Below are positions 9,018 through 18,087 of a DNA stretch of 34,107 nt, piece after piece. This stretch comes from a virus (lineage: Duplodnaviria; Caudoviricetes). A program made the position numbers and the translations under genes. The stretch spans positions 1 to 34,107 of IMG/VR virus record IMGVR_UViG_3300048849_000156. The stretch is one strand, 5' to 3'. The notes under the pieces were generated by a model. It was not told where the DNA came from, did not search any database, and saw nothing but the letters and a program-made list of their open reading frames with translations. How positions within the stretch are numbered: the stretch's first letter is position 1; each line of letters opens with the position of its first letter.

Positions 9018-9724
9018 TGGCTCGATATTCTTCCATGAGCGAGGTCGTGCGAGTCCTGAAGCAAGAGACCGCAAGCCAGACACAGCGCATGCTTGTCAAC
9101 ACCGCCAAGAGCGAACATCGCAAGGTGATGAACGACCAGCCTGCGCCGTCGTCGTTCGTCCGTATCGTCGATGGCGCTGAGGGCGCCCCCGAAGAAGCTG
9201 TCACGGCCGATGGCGTCATCATCTACCAGTACAGCCGCATTGCTGAGGTAGTGCAGTTTGCCATGGACGCGCTGTTCGATGTCTCTCCGGTTTTGTCCGG
9301 TGATTATCGCAGCGGTCATACGCTGATTGTGAATGGCCGCCCTGTCGCCAGTATTCAGGACTGGAAGTCGGGCGAGGATATCGTGATCACAAACACGCTT
9401 CCCTATTCTCGCAAGATCGAGGTTGGCACCATGAAGATGCGGGTTGCTGGATCTTCGAAAGTCTATCAGCAAGCCCGTCGCCAGGTCATGGCACGCTACG
9501 GCAACATGGTGAGCGTCGAATTCACATATCGCGCCTTCATCGGCGGGATGAACGTCAACCAGGCGAAGGCGGCCTCATCGGGGAAAAGTTGGTGGCTTGG
9601 TCATAGCGGTGACGCTCGATCGGCGTCGGGCGTTGTCGAGAGCACTGTCGCGAAGAAGCATGGGAGATCCGCTCACAACGCTTCGGACGTTCGATTTCCA
9701 TGCCTCGTGATCCGGGAGCGCTGA
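9017..9724 (+). CDS. Neck / tail completion protein (HK97 gp10-like)
   Basis: SPVLSG.YR..H and N..PY.RKIE.G motifs; synteny. Confidence 0.7.
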   Translation: MARYSSMSEVVRVLKQETASQTQRMLVNTAKSEHRKVMNDQPAPSSFVRIVDGAEGAPEEAVTADGVIIYQYSRIAEVVQFAMDALFDVSPVLSGDYRSGHTLIVNGRPVASIQDWKSGEDIVITNTLPYSRKIEVGTMKMRVAGSSKVYQQARRQVMARYGNMVSVEFTYRAFIGGMNVNQAKAASSGKSWWLGHSGDARSASGVVESTVAKKHGRSAHNASDVRFPCLVIRER

Positions 9725-9725
9725 G

Positions 9726-10178
9726 ATGGCAGATTATGCTGGTGCTGAAGCTGCGATACGCGCCCGTCTCGAAGAGAATTGGAGCACAACCCGCATAACA
9801 TTTGAAAACGAGACGCCTGCCGATCCATGGCCGCCGCTCGATGGTGAAGGGCTGCTGGTTCCGTGGGTCAACCTTGAGATCGAGTGCTACGGCAGTGAGA
9901 TTGTAGGGCAGGGTCGTCCTGGAAATCACGTCTACCGCTACAACGGCTCCATTTCAGTTCACGTCTTTACTCCGGTCGGTACGGCAGACACGCTCGGCAA
10001 GGAATATGCGGTCGCGATCGGCGAGGTGTTCCGGCGCAAGACATTCTATCAGGTCGCACCTGGTGTCTGCGTCAGGACGGAAGATCCTTACCCTTCAGAC
10101 AGCGACAAGGGCTCCAACGACGGCAACTGGTTCGCAACAACGACGATTTGCCCGTTCGTCTACTGGCACCGCGGCTAA
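9726..10178 (+). CDS. Tail terminator protein
   Basis: I.FENE, PWV, G.I.VHVF.P.G and WF motifs. Lies upstream of the tail tube gene. Confidence 0.75.
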   Translation: MADYAGAEAAIRARLEENWSTTRITFENETPADPWPPLDGEGLLVPWVNLEIECYGSEIVGQGRPGNHVYRYNGSISVHVFTPVGTADTLGKEYAVAIGEVFRRKTFYQVAPGVCVRTEDPYPSDSDKGSNDGNWFATTTICPFVYWHRG

Positions 10179-10199
10179 CCTTCAATCAGGACAATCTTC

Positions 10200-10397
10200 A
10201 TGATCCCTTGGATGCTTGTTGCAGCCATTGACGCTGTCGCATGGCGGTTTGGCTATCGAACGTGGGTCACGGCCGTTGGCGGTCCCGGCTGGCACCGGGG
10301 GCGGTTTGGAGCAGACAGGATCCACTTCAAGCGCCGAACTCGTGATGAAAAACGCTTGCCGAAGCTGAAGGCTTGCAAACCCAACCTCAAGACATAG
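10200..10397 (+). CDS. Hypothetical small basic protein
   Basis: Fills the gap between terminator and tube genes; SD AGGA. Confidence 0.5.
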   Translation: MIPWMLVAAIDAVAWRFGYRTWVTAVGGPGWHRGRFGADRIHFKRRTRDEKRLPKLKACKPNLKT

Positions 10398-10406
10398 GAG
10401 GGCCAC

Positions 10407-11636
10407 ATGGCCTATAGCGAAAATTGGAATGGCTATGTCGCCTTCAAGGCGCAGACCGGTAAAGGCGTTCCCGCCAATGGAGCCGGTGGGCAGATCCTGC
10501 CGACTTCAGGCGGTCAGGGCGGCCAGCTGAGCAAGCAGGCGATCCAGTCGCAGATCGTGCGCCAGGACGGTCAGCAGCTGCGTGGGCGCCACGGTTCGCG
10601 CCGGACGGCCGGCACCTATTCCAGCGAGATCGGTATCGGTCGCGCAGATCCGATGATTGAAGCCATCATGCGGGGCACTTGGTCCGCATCTGATCTCGCC
10701 GTGACACAGGCTACCATGACGAGCATCACCACGACGACAAATTCAATCGTCGCAGCAGATGGAAGCTGGATCACGGCAGGCTTGCGGGTTGGTGATGTCG
10801 TTCGCGCAACTGGCCTTCCCGATGCCGCCAACAACGGCAAGAACCTGCGGATCGTTGGCCTCACGGCCACTACAATCACGACCGACGAGCCGCTGATCGC
10901 AAATGCTTCCGCCGATACGACCTTCTCGATTGTCCGTCCGGGGCGCGTGCTGCTGAACGCTGGTGCAGGGTTGATGCCGCGCCGCTACTTCACGCTCGAG
11001 GAATACGAATACGACCTCGACGCGTCGGAAGTTTTCCCGGATTGCCGTTGGTCGCGCTTCATGGTCCGGATGGCTCCGAACGGCAATCTCGACTGCGAAT
11101 ACGGCTGGATGGGTACGGGCGACTCGACGATAGCTCAAGGCGTCAACGCGCCCATCTTCCCGGCTCCTATCGATCCGACAATGATTTCCGTCGTTGCGAC
11201 GGAAGCGTCGCTCCGGTTTGGTTCGGAAACGCTGATCGATCTGACGTCCTTCGACTTCACACTGGATCTGCAGCCGAGCGCCCCGGATACGATCAATCCG
11301 AAAGGCCTCGCGCCTGATGTATTCCTGGGCACGATGCAGGCCTCCATGAACCTGACGGTCTTGCGAAAGGATCTGCAAGCGCTGTCCGACTTCAGCAGCG
11401 AGACGGCCCTTTCGCTGCACCTGCTCGCGCAAGGTGCCGAGGCGACGCCCCCTGATTTCTTCTCACTGGTCGTTCCCAACTTCACGCTCGGCTCTGTCGC
11501 CAAGTCGGCTCTCAGCAAGGGCGGCGGTGCGCGAACGGTGACGCTCGGCATACCGGCCGATCTGGTCGGCAAGGATGCTCGCGGCGGTGCGTTCGATCCG
11601 ACGACCGTCAAAATTCAGGTCAGCAACGCAGCCTAA
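10407..11636 (+). CDS. Tail tube (major tail) protein
   Basis: 409 aa, beta-rich, with an inserted W..AG..VGD...TG...AANN domain. SD AGGAGG; synteny. Confidence 0.85.
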   Translation: MAYSENWNGYVAFKAQTGKGVPANGAGGQILPTSGGQGGQLSKQAIQSQIVRQDGQQLRGRHGSRRTAGTYSSEIGIGRADPMIEAIMRGTWSASDLAVTQATMTSITTTTNSIVAADGSWITAGLRVGDVVRATGLPDAANNGKNLRIVGLTATTITTDEPLIANASADTTFSIVRPGRVLLNAGAGLMPRRYFTLEEYEYDLDASEVFPDCRWSRFMVRMAPNGNLDCEYGWMGTGDSTIAQGVNAPIFPAPIDPTMISVVATEASLRFGSETLIDLTSFDFTLDLQPSAPDTINPKGLAPDVFLGTMQASMNLTVLRKDLQALSDFSSETALSLHLLAQGAEATPPDFFSLVVPNFTLGSVAKSALSKGGGARTVTLGIPADLVGKDARGGAFDPTTVKIQVSNAA

Positions 11637-11647
11637 AGGAGGCTTCC

Positions 11648-11908
11648 ATGTCAACGACGGAACAGAAACTTCGGACCGCCGCCCAGGCGTTCCAGGACGC
11701 GCTTCTCGACGCCAAGGCTGAAGGCCTTCACGTCGCATGGCCGGTCCATCCCGATCAGCTCAATGCGCTGGCGATCAGCGAAACGAGGGCGACTGTTGTC
11801 ACGGTACAGGTCGTTGCCAGCGACGAGATGTCAGCGGAGACCGTCGCCAAGGCTGGAACCGCTGCTCAGAAAGCCGTCGACCGGACGGTCGCCAAGGCTT
11901 CGGAATAA
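11648..11908 (+). CDS. Hypothetical protein
   Basis: SD AAGGAGG; within the tail operon. Confidence 0.7.
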   Translation: MSTTEQKLRTAAQAFQDALLDAKAEGLHVAWPVHPDQLNALAISETRATVVTVQVVASDEMSAETVAKAGTAAQKAVDRTVAKASE

Positions 11909-11915
11909 CCCTCTC

Positions 11916-11994
11916 GGCCCCGACAGGCTGATCTTGCGCATGCGCAAACGAGGCGGCGGGTTGTCGGGCCTGCCGCCTCCCTTCCGACAAAGGA
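11916..11994 (+). promoter_or_regulatory. Structured leader with pseudoknot potential upstream of the tail chaperone
   Basis: Stem 11950-11960/11969-11979 has loop TTGTCGGG, complementary to CCCGACA (11919-11925) and CCGACAA (11984-11990, abutting SD AGGA). Confidence 0.6.
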
Positions 11995-12001
11995 TAATCT
12001 A

Positions 12002-12466
12002 ATGGCACTGAAAACTGATACCAGCGATGCCGGCGGCGCAATCGACCTTGGCGTATTCCTCCCGACTGATGAGACGACGCTTTCCATCAAGGCTCCCAAC
12101 GGTTCCGATACCGGCTGGGTTTGGCGCCTGGCGGGCCCGTCGCATTCGCAGACGCTAGCGCACAATGACCGAGTTGCCCGACGTCAACTGGCGAAATCGG
12201 CTTCGATCGAACAGGCGCAGGTCAACGGCAAGAAATACAAGGCCGACGAAAAAAGCCCTGATGAAGCTCGACGAGAAAACGTAGAGAATATCGTAGCTCG
12301 TATCCTCGGATGGAACCCGATCAGGCTCGGTGCAGAGACCATCGAGTTCTCTCGTGAAGCGGCCATCACACTTCTTCTGCGTCCCGACATGGGTTGGGCT
12401 TACGCGCAGGGTGCGGAGGCGCTGGCAGAGGAAAAGACTTTTACCAAGGCCTCCGCGACTCCCTGA
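12002..12466 (+). CDS. Tail assembly chaperone (gpG-like)
   Basis: Between tube and tape measure genes; LAGP.H, RILGW and FS.E.A..LL motifs. Confidence 0.82.
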   Translation: MALKTDTSDAGGAIDLGVFLPTDETTLSIKAPNGSDTGWVWRLAGPSHSQTLAHNDRVARRQLAKSASIEQAQVNGKKYKADEKSPDEARRENVENIVARILGWNPIRLGAETIEFSREAAITLLLRPDMGWAYAQGAEALAEEKTFTKASATP

Positions 12467-12807
12467 TCGAGTTTGCGGAGCGGGCCTTCGAACTTGGCGC
12501 CCTTCAAGAGGAGGGCGTCAGTCTCCGGGAAGTGCTGCGAGGGCAGCTGGAGCGCACGAAAGACCCGAAGCGGATTGCCGAGATCCAGAACGAGCTAGCT
12601 CTTCCACCTTTCCCTGAAGAGTACGCCTACCTCTGGAAAGCTTACAACCGGATCAGGGCCCGCAAGGGTGGCGGCATGGCAGGCGTCTTGCCGATTGAAT
12701 GGCCAGACATCGATGCCTTCGTGCGAAACAGTCGGCAGCGCTTCGACCCCATGGAAATCGAGATCATAGAGGCACTCGACGACGCTTATATCGCCGTCGA
12801 GCGTTAG
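12430..12807 (+). CDS. Tail assembly chaperone extension (gpGT-like), probably made by -1 frameshift
   Basis: -1 frame ORF (track 12394..12807) overlaps the gpG end at GGAAAAGACTTTT; P.P....YLW..Y, PI.W.DIDAF and I.ALD motifs. Confidence 0.78.
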   Translation, partial: GKDFYQGLRDSLIEFAERAFELGALQEEGVSLREVLRGQLERTKDPKRIAEIQNELALPPFPEEYAYLWKAYNRIRARKGGGMAGVLPIEWPDIDAFVRNSRQRFDPMEIEIIEALDDAYIAVER

Positions 12808-12812
12808 AAATA

Positions 12813-13292
12813 TCAGACGGACGGTTTGCCTGGCGTCACATGCTTCATGGTCGGCTTGGTCTTCTTCGGTGGGGTTGCCGCTGGGGAGGGAGATCCTGCC
12901 CGCTGCAGGGTGATGTGTGCAGGGTTCGGTGTATGATCCAAGCTTGCACCCGTGGCGGCATCGACGCCAACGCCGATGATGCCTCCGAGAAGGACGTTGC
13001 CCGCCATACCGGCAGCGCCCCCGCCACTGACCTTAGTTTTGATCTCGATCGATCCCTTCTGATATCCCGGCTTTTCCGCAAAAGCCGTGAACTCTTTCTT
13101 ACGCTCCACCGTGATCGTGCAGGGAGAGCGTGGGCAGTATTGGCCCGTCGAAGTGCTAATCGCAGCATCAGACGGTTCAGACGTGATGGTGACGCTTTCG
13201 GTTCGACCCCGGGTTACGGTGCCGCACGAAGCGAGCAAGACAAGCGGAAGCACTGCGGCCAAGGATCGCCGCGCAAAGATGTATGATTTCAA
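12813..13292 (-). CDS. Moron lipoprotein with PEGA-like domain and glycine-zipper segment
   Basis: Lipobox LLASC, ITSEPSDA.I and C...PC motifs, GNVLLGGIIGVGVDA.TGA. TTG start with SD GAGGGG. Opposite strand to the tail operon. Confidence 0.85.
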   Translation of the reverse strand: MKSYIFARRSLAAVLPLVLLASCGTVTRGRTESVTITSEPSDAAISTSTGQYCPRSPCTITVERKKEFTAFAEKPGYQKGSIEIKTKVSGGGAAGMAGNVLLGGIIGVGVDAATGASLDHTPNPAHITLQRAGSPSPAATPPKKTKPTMKHVTPGKPSV

Positions 13293-13492
13293 GGTAGTCC
13301 CCTCATTTAACGAGGGGATAATGTCACAACTTTACAGAGAGTCGAGTCGTCTTCGCAATACGCCTAAACTCTCCCCGATCTTAAGCTTAACAGCGGTTCC
13401 AAAGGCGGCAACCAGCCGGATACCTCCTCCAGATCCCGATGTAGAAACCTCACTGTTATGCACCCAATACCCCTCACCACCGGAGCCGACAA

Positions 13493-16400
13493 ATGGCTGT
13501 AGAGCAGAGAGTCGTAGAGCTTGTCATTGATGCCTCTGGCGTCGAGCGCGGTGTGCAGCGAGCTGAAGCGGCCTACGACCACCTCGGTGCGCGCGGTGAC
13601 GCTGCAGCCGGTAAAATACAGGCTGCGTTTGATCGACAGTTTCAGTCGTTTAGTACCCGGGCGCCCCGTAGCATCGACCAGGTCGCGAACGCTTACGACA
13701 GTTTGCAGGCGAGACTAGACCCGCTTTTTAGCGCTCAGTTGCGAGCTGAACGGGAGATGACGCAGAGCATGGCCGTCATCAACCGTGCTATTTTGCTAGG
13801 GGTGGCGACCGAGGAGCAGGCGACGCGCGATATCGCCCGTTTGAAGCAGATGCAAGTCGAGGCGATTAATCGCGTGAAGGACGCGCAGACCGCAGCCAAC
13901 GCGGTTCAGGTTGTCCCTCAGAGAAATCGCGCGGCAAACGACAACTTCAACGTATCGAACCTGGCTTTCCAAGGCCAAGACATCTTCACGACAGCGCCTA
14001 CCATGCCCTGGTACACGGTTGCCCTTCAGCAGGGCCCCCAGGTCGCCAGTGTTATCTCGTCGATGGAGAAGCCGGCGTCCGGCTTGGCCGCGGCGTTTGC
14101 GGCAATCGTCAGCCCGCTGTCGCTCGTCACGATCGGCCTTGTCGGCGCAGCGGCTGCCGGCATCGGTTATCTTGCGAGCCTCCTAACCGGAACGAAAGAA
14201 ACCGAGGAGGCGCTCAAGCGTCACGCTGACCTCATTCGTGATCTGAAGGGTGCATATGGAGAGGCTGCGGCGGCCTGGAAGATTACATGCGGCGGAGCAG
14301 TGCGGAAACTGGTGCCGCAGCACGACTGAACCTGAAAAGCTCGCAGAAAGAGCTGAAGGACGCCTCGCAGGATTTTGCGTTCTCTTACATGCCAAGCGGC
14401 GGTTTGTTCGGGCGATCGGCGTTCGATCCGGCCTATGAGGCGTTTCGAAAGCAGATCACGGATCTCGGCGAAGATGCCAAGGTTGGCAAAGCGAACATGC
14501 AGGCGTTCCGCGACGAGATCGAGGCGAAGGTGCAAGCCGATCCTACGCTGCGCAACAAAGCTGATGAACTACTGGCCGCGGGCGATGCGGCGTTCGAGGC
14601 CGATCGTAAAGTCCGGCAGGCGGAGGCGGCTATCGGGATTCTCGAAGGCAAGGCATCTACGGCGGCCGGAACCGTCACAAGCCTGTCGCGTGCGCTTCGG
14701 GAGTTGAACCAGATCGCGCCGCCACAGGTCAGCGAGCAGGACCGGATCTCTGCGGCCGCTCGAAACGCAGAGCGCGCAGCGAGTGGGTTGACGGGCGTAG
14801 CCGCTGAAGAGGCAAGGCGTCGCATTCTCATTGCTGAAACCCGCGCCCGCCAGCGCGCATTGGACCAGGACCCGCAGATTGTTAACTCGGACGGAAACGT
14901 CACGAACGTACCGATCCCGGGGCAGAAGCCAAACGAGTTCGAGCGGGACCCGGCGGCCATCATCGAGACGACCAAGGCTGGCGCTGACCGTGTCCGCCAG
15001 CTGCGTCAGGAGATTGACGCCCTCGGTCTCACCGCAGGCGCTGCGGCTCGGCTACGCTACGAACAGGAACAGCTGAACGATGCTGTCGACAAGCACATCG
15101 AACTTAGCCCGCAACAGCGTGCCCAGATCGAAAAGGATGCTGCAGCGATCGGTGCCATGACAGACAAGCTGTCGCAGATGCGCTTGCAGCAAGATGCCCA
15201 GTTCGAGTCCGATCAGTTGTTCCGGACGGATCGCGAGGCTCGCATCGCAAGTCAACTTCGTGGCTCCGGTGTAGAGGTCGATCTTGGTGGGCAGAATGCA
15301 GCAATGCTGCGCACGATCGAGCTTTTGAAAGAGCAAAAGAAGGCTTGGGAAGATATCCGGGACGTCGGGAAGGATGCCGTCGACCAGATCGTCGACAGCG
15401 CCACTAGCGGTTTTGAGGATATCACTGATGTGTTCAACAACATCGCGAAAGACGTGCTGAAGCAGTTCACCACGCTTGGTGTGGCGAACCCGCTGAAGAA
15501 TGCGATCTTCGGCGGTGAACTTCCGACGATGGATACGGTAGGCGGCATTGGCGGTATCTTCAAAGCCCTGACGGGCGGAAGTAATCCAGCGATGGACGCT
15601 GCCAGTCGCAGCGTTGGTGCTATGTCCGTGACAGCCGCGAGCGTCGTTGTAAATGGCGGCGTAGGTTCTGCTGTGTCCAGCCTTACCGGGCAAGCTGCAA
15701 ACGGAAATGATCCGTTCGCGGCCGTGCTCAAAAATGATCCGGCGTCTTATGGCTCCGGTCAAAAGCTGGCTTGGAACTTCTGGAAGTCGAAGGGCCTTGC
15801 AGATCACCAGGTCGCCGGCGTCCTCGGCAATATCAAAGCGGAGAGTGCGTTCAATCCTGCTGCGATCGGCGATGGTGGCGCCGCGAAAGGCCTTTATCAG
15901 TGGAATGACCGTGGCCCGTCGATGATCGGCGCGGTTGGTGCCGACTGGAAAAACAACCCGCTTGCCCAGCACGAGTTTGCCTACAAGGAACTGATGGGAC
16001 CGGAGAACCGGGCATGGAAGGCTCTTCTGGCTTCGCAGGACACCAAGGGCGCGACTGCTGCTTTTGCTGGCTTTGAGCGTCCACGTGGCTTTTCGTGGGA
16101 TAACCCGGAGGCGGCGCACAACTTTGTCGGTCGCCTGAATGGAGCCAACGAATCCCTATCCAAGCTTGGCGGGACCGCGAACGTGGCAACGCAGGGGCTC
16201 GGCACTCTCGGAAACGGTCTCGGGCAGCTCGGCAACGCTTTCCAGCAAGCCGGCACGTCCGGTGCTCCTGCTTCCGGTGGCGGCGGTGGCATCTTCGGAT
16301 GGCTCGGAAGCCTGTTCGGGGGTGGCGTTTCCCCGACCAGTTCGTCGTGGAAGGCGAACACTACGTTCGCTAGCGTCCTCGGGCTTCCTGGCTATGCAGA

Positions 16401-16731
16401 CGGCACTGAGAGCGCGCCTGGCGGTTACTCATGGGTTGGCGAGAGGGGCAAGGAACTGATGCGTGTACCTCGAGGCGCCGAAATCATCCCGGCACACAGA
16501 ACTGCCGCGGCGCTTGCGCCGTCGACACCTTCGGTTTCCTTCAAATCGACAGTCATCAACAACGCTTCTTCCGTCAACGTCGAGGAGCGCGAGACGACCG
16601 ACGAGAATGGCGGGCGTGGCGTCGAGTACGTGATTTCCGATCGAATGGCGACGGCCGCTTCAAAGCGCGGTGGTGCATTTGATCGCCAGCTACGGGCACG
16701 CGGCGCAACCATGCCGAGGCCCCGCCGATGA
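13493..16731 (+). pseudogene. Tail tape measure protein with tail lysozyme domain, split by a 1-nt frameshift (track ORFs 13493..14329 and 14287..16731)
   Basis: N-terminal NLAFQGQDI...LQQGPQ motif and C-terminal YADG...WVGERGKEL. Adding one base near 14272 joins the frames into about 1079 aa. Confidence 0.88.
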
Positions 16732-17150
16732 ACTTGCCAGCCTGGCCGGCGACGTTACCGGCTCCACTGCGTGACACGTTCCAGATGCAGGATGACGACC
16801 CGCGCATGAAACGACAGAGAGAGACCGGCGGCCTCGGATATCGCCGCCGGTTCTCAGCGGTGGCGAAGACGGTCCAGATGGCTATTCAGGTCGACCGCTC
16901 AGATCTTGGTGACTTCGAAAAGTTCTATCGGGAACTGACCGGTCGCGGAAGTCTACCGTTCACGATGCCGGACCCGACGACGGACGCGTGGCCTCTGCTC
17001 GATCAGGACGGTGTCCAGTTGCTCGATCAGAACGACCGACCTTTGCTCATGTCCAAGATCTGGGTTTGCCTGTTTGGTGAAGAGGTCCCGGTGACGATGC
17101 CGCTCGACATGGCGTTCCGCGTCTCATTTCCCGTCGTGGTGTTGCCATGA
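16728..17150 (+). CDS. Distal tail protein (gpM-like)
   Basis: WP.TLP, RRRFS and F..FY.....GSLPFTMPDP motifs. ATGA overlap with the tape measure gene. Confidence 0.78.
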   Translation: MNLPAWPATLPAPLRDTFQMQDDDPRMKRQRETGGLGYRRRFSAVAKTVQMAIQVDRSDLGDFEKFYRELTGRGSLPFTMPDPTTDAWPLLDQDGVQLLDQNDRPLLMSKIWVCLFGEEVPVTMPLDMAFRVSFPVVVLP

Positions 17151-17671
17151 GGCGATTATCGCTGAACGCCAGACTGGCGCAGGAAGAAAATTCGACGGAC
17201 GAAATCGAAATATGCCTGATCGTGATCGAGCACCCGGCGCTCGACGAGCCGGTCCGGCTTTCTACTGACAATACCGAACGTCTATCGCTTAGCCCATTGA
17301 TGTACGGGACACGCTCGACCTGGATGGGCGCGAACCCGATCACGGAACCTTACCTGTTCGTTCTTGCATCGGCAGAGCTTCCGTCCGACCTCGACGATGC
17401 GCCTGCTTCTGCCTCGATCGTCTTGGACAACGTCGACAACGATATCGGCGCAATACTGCGCAGCGTCACTGATCGCGCGACCGTCCATATGGCAGTCGTG
17501 CTCGCGTCGTCTCCAAACCTCACGGAAGCGGAGTATCGCGAGATGAAACTGGTCAACGCCGACGGTGATGTCGGAGAAGTTCGGTTGTCGTTTTCGCGTG
17601 AGCCGATCGAGGACGAAAGCTACCCGACCGACCGCATGACAAAGCAACGCTTCCCGGGGCTGCATCGATAA
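17147..17671 (+). CDS. Tail tip protein (DUF1833 / gpL-like)
   Basis: I.HP.L..PVRL, LP.D, LDNVD and C-terminal FPGL motifs; synteny. Confidence 0.75.
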   Translation: MRRLSLNARLAQEENSTDEIEICLIVIEHPALDEPVRLSTDNTERLSLSPLMYGTRSTWMGANPITEPYLFVLASAELPSDLDDAPASASIVLDNVDNDIGAILRSVTDRATVHMAVVLASSPNLTEAEYREMKLVNADGDVGEVRLSFSREPIEDESYPTDRMTKQRFPGLHR

Positions 17672-18087
17672 TGCATTGGAGCGCACGGTACATCGGCGTC
17701 CCGTTTAGAGATCTTGGACGGGACGCATCCGGCTGCGATTGTTGGGGGCTGGCACGTCTCGTCTTTGCAGGCGAGCACGGCATTGAGCTTCCGTCCTATG
17801 CTGACAGCTACGCCAGCCCGGACGAACATCGCGAGATCGCGAACCTTATTTCTGGCGTAGTCTCTACCGCCGCATGGCTGCCCGTAGACAGCGTTCGTGA
17901 CTTCGATGTCCTGGTGTTCCGTCGCGGTCGACTTGACACGCATGTCGGCCTCGTCTGTGGCCGCGGGCGCATGCTGCACATGGCCGGAACAGATCAAAGC
18001 AAAATCGAGGCGTATGAAACCGGCGCGTGGGGCAATCGCCTGCACGGCGCATTCCGTCATGAACTTCTGAGTGAGCTTGCCCTATGA
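17671..18087 (+). CDS. NlpC/P60 tail assembly protein (gpK-like)
   Basis: YIG.PF...GR...G.DCWGL, HVG and MLH catalytic pattern. Confidence 0.92.
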   Translation: MHWSARYIGVPFRDLGRDASGCDCWGLARLVFAGEHGIELPSYADSYASPDEHREIANLISGVVSTAAWLPVDSVRDFDVLVFRRGRLDTHVGLVCGRGRMLHMAGTDQSKIEAYETGAWGNRLHGAFRHELLSELAL

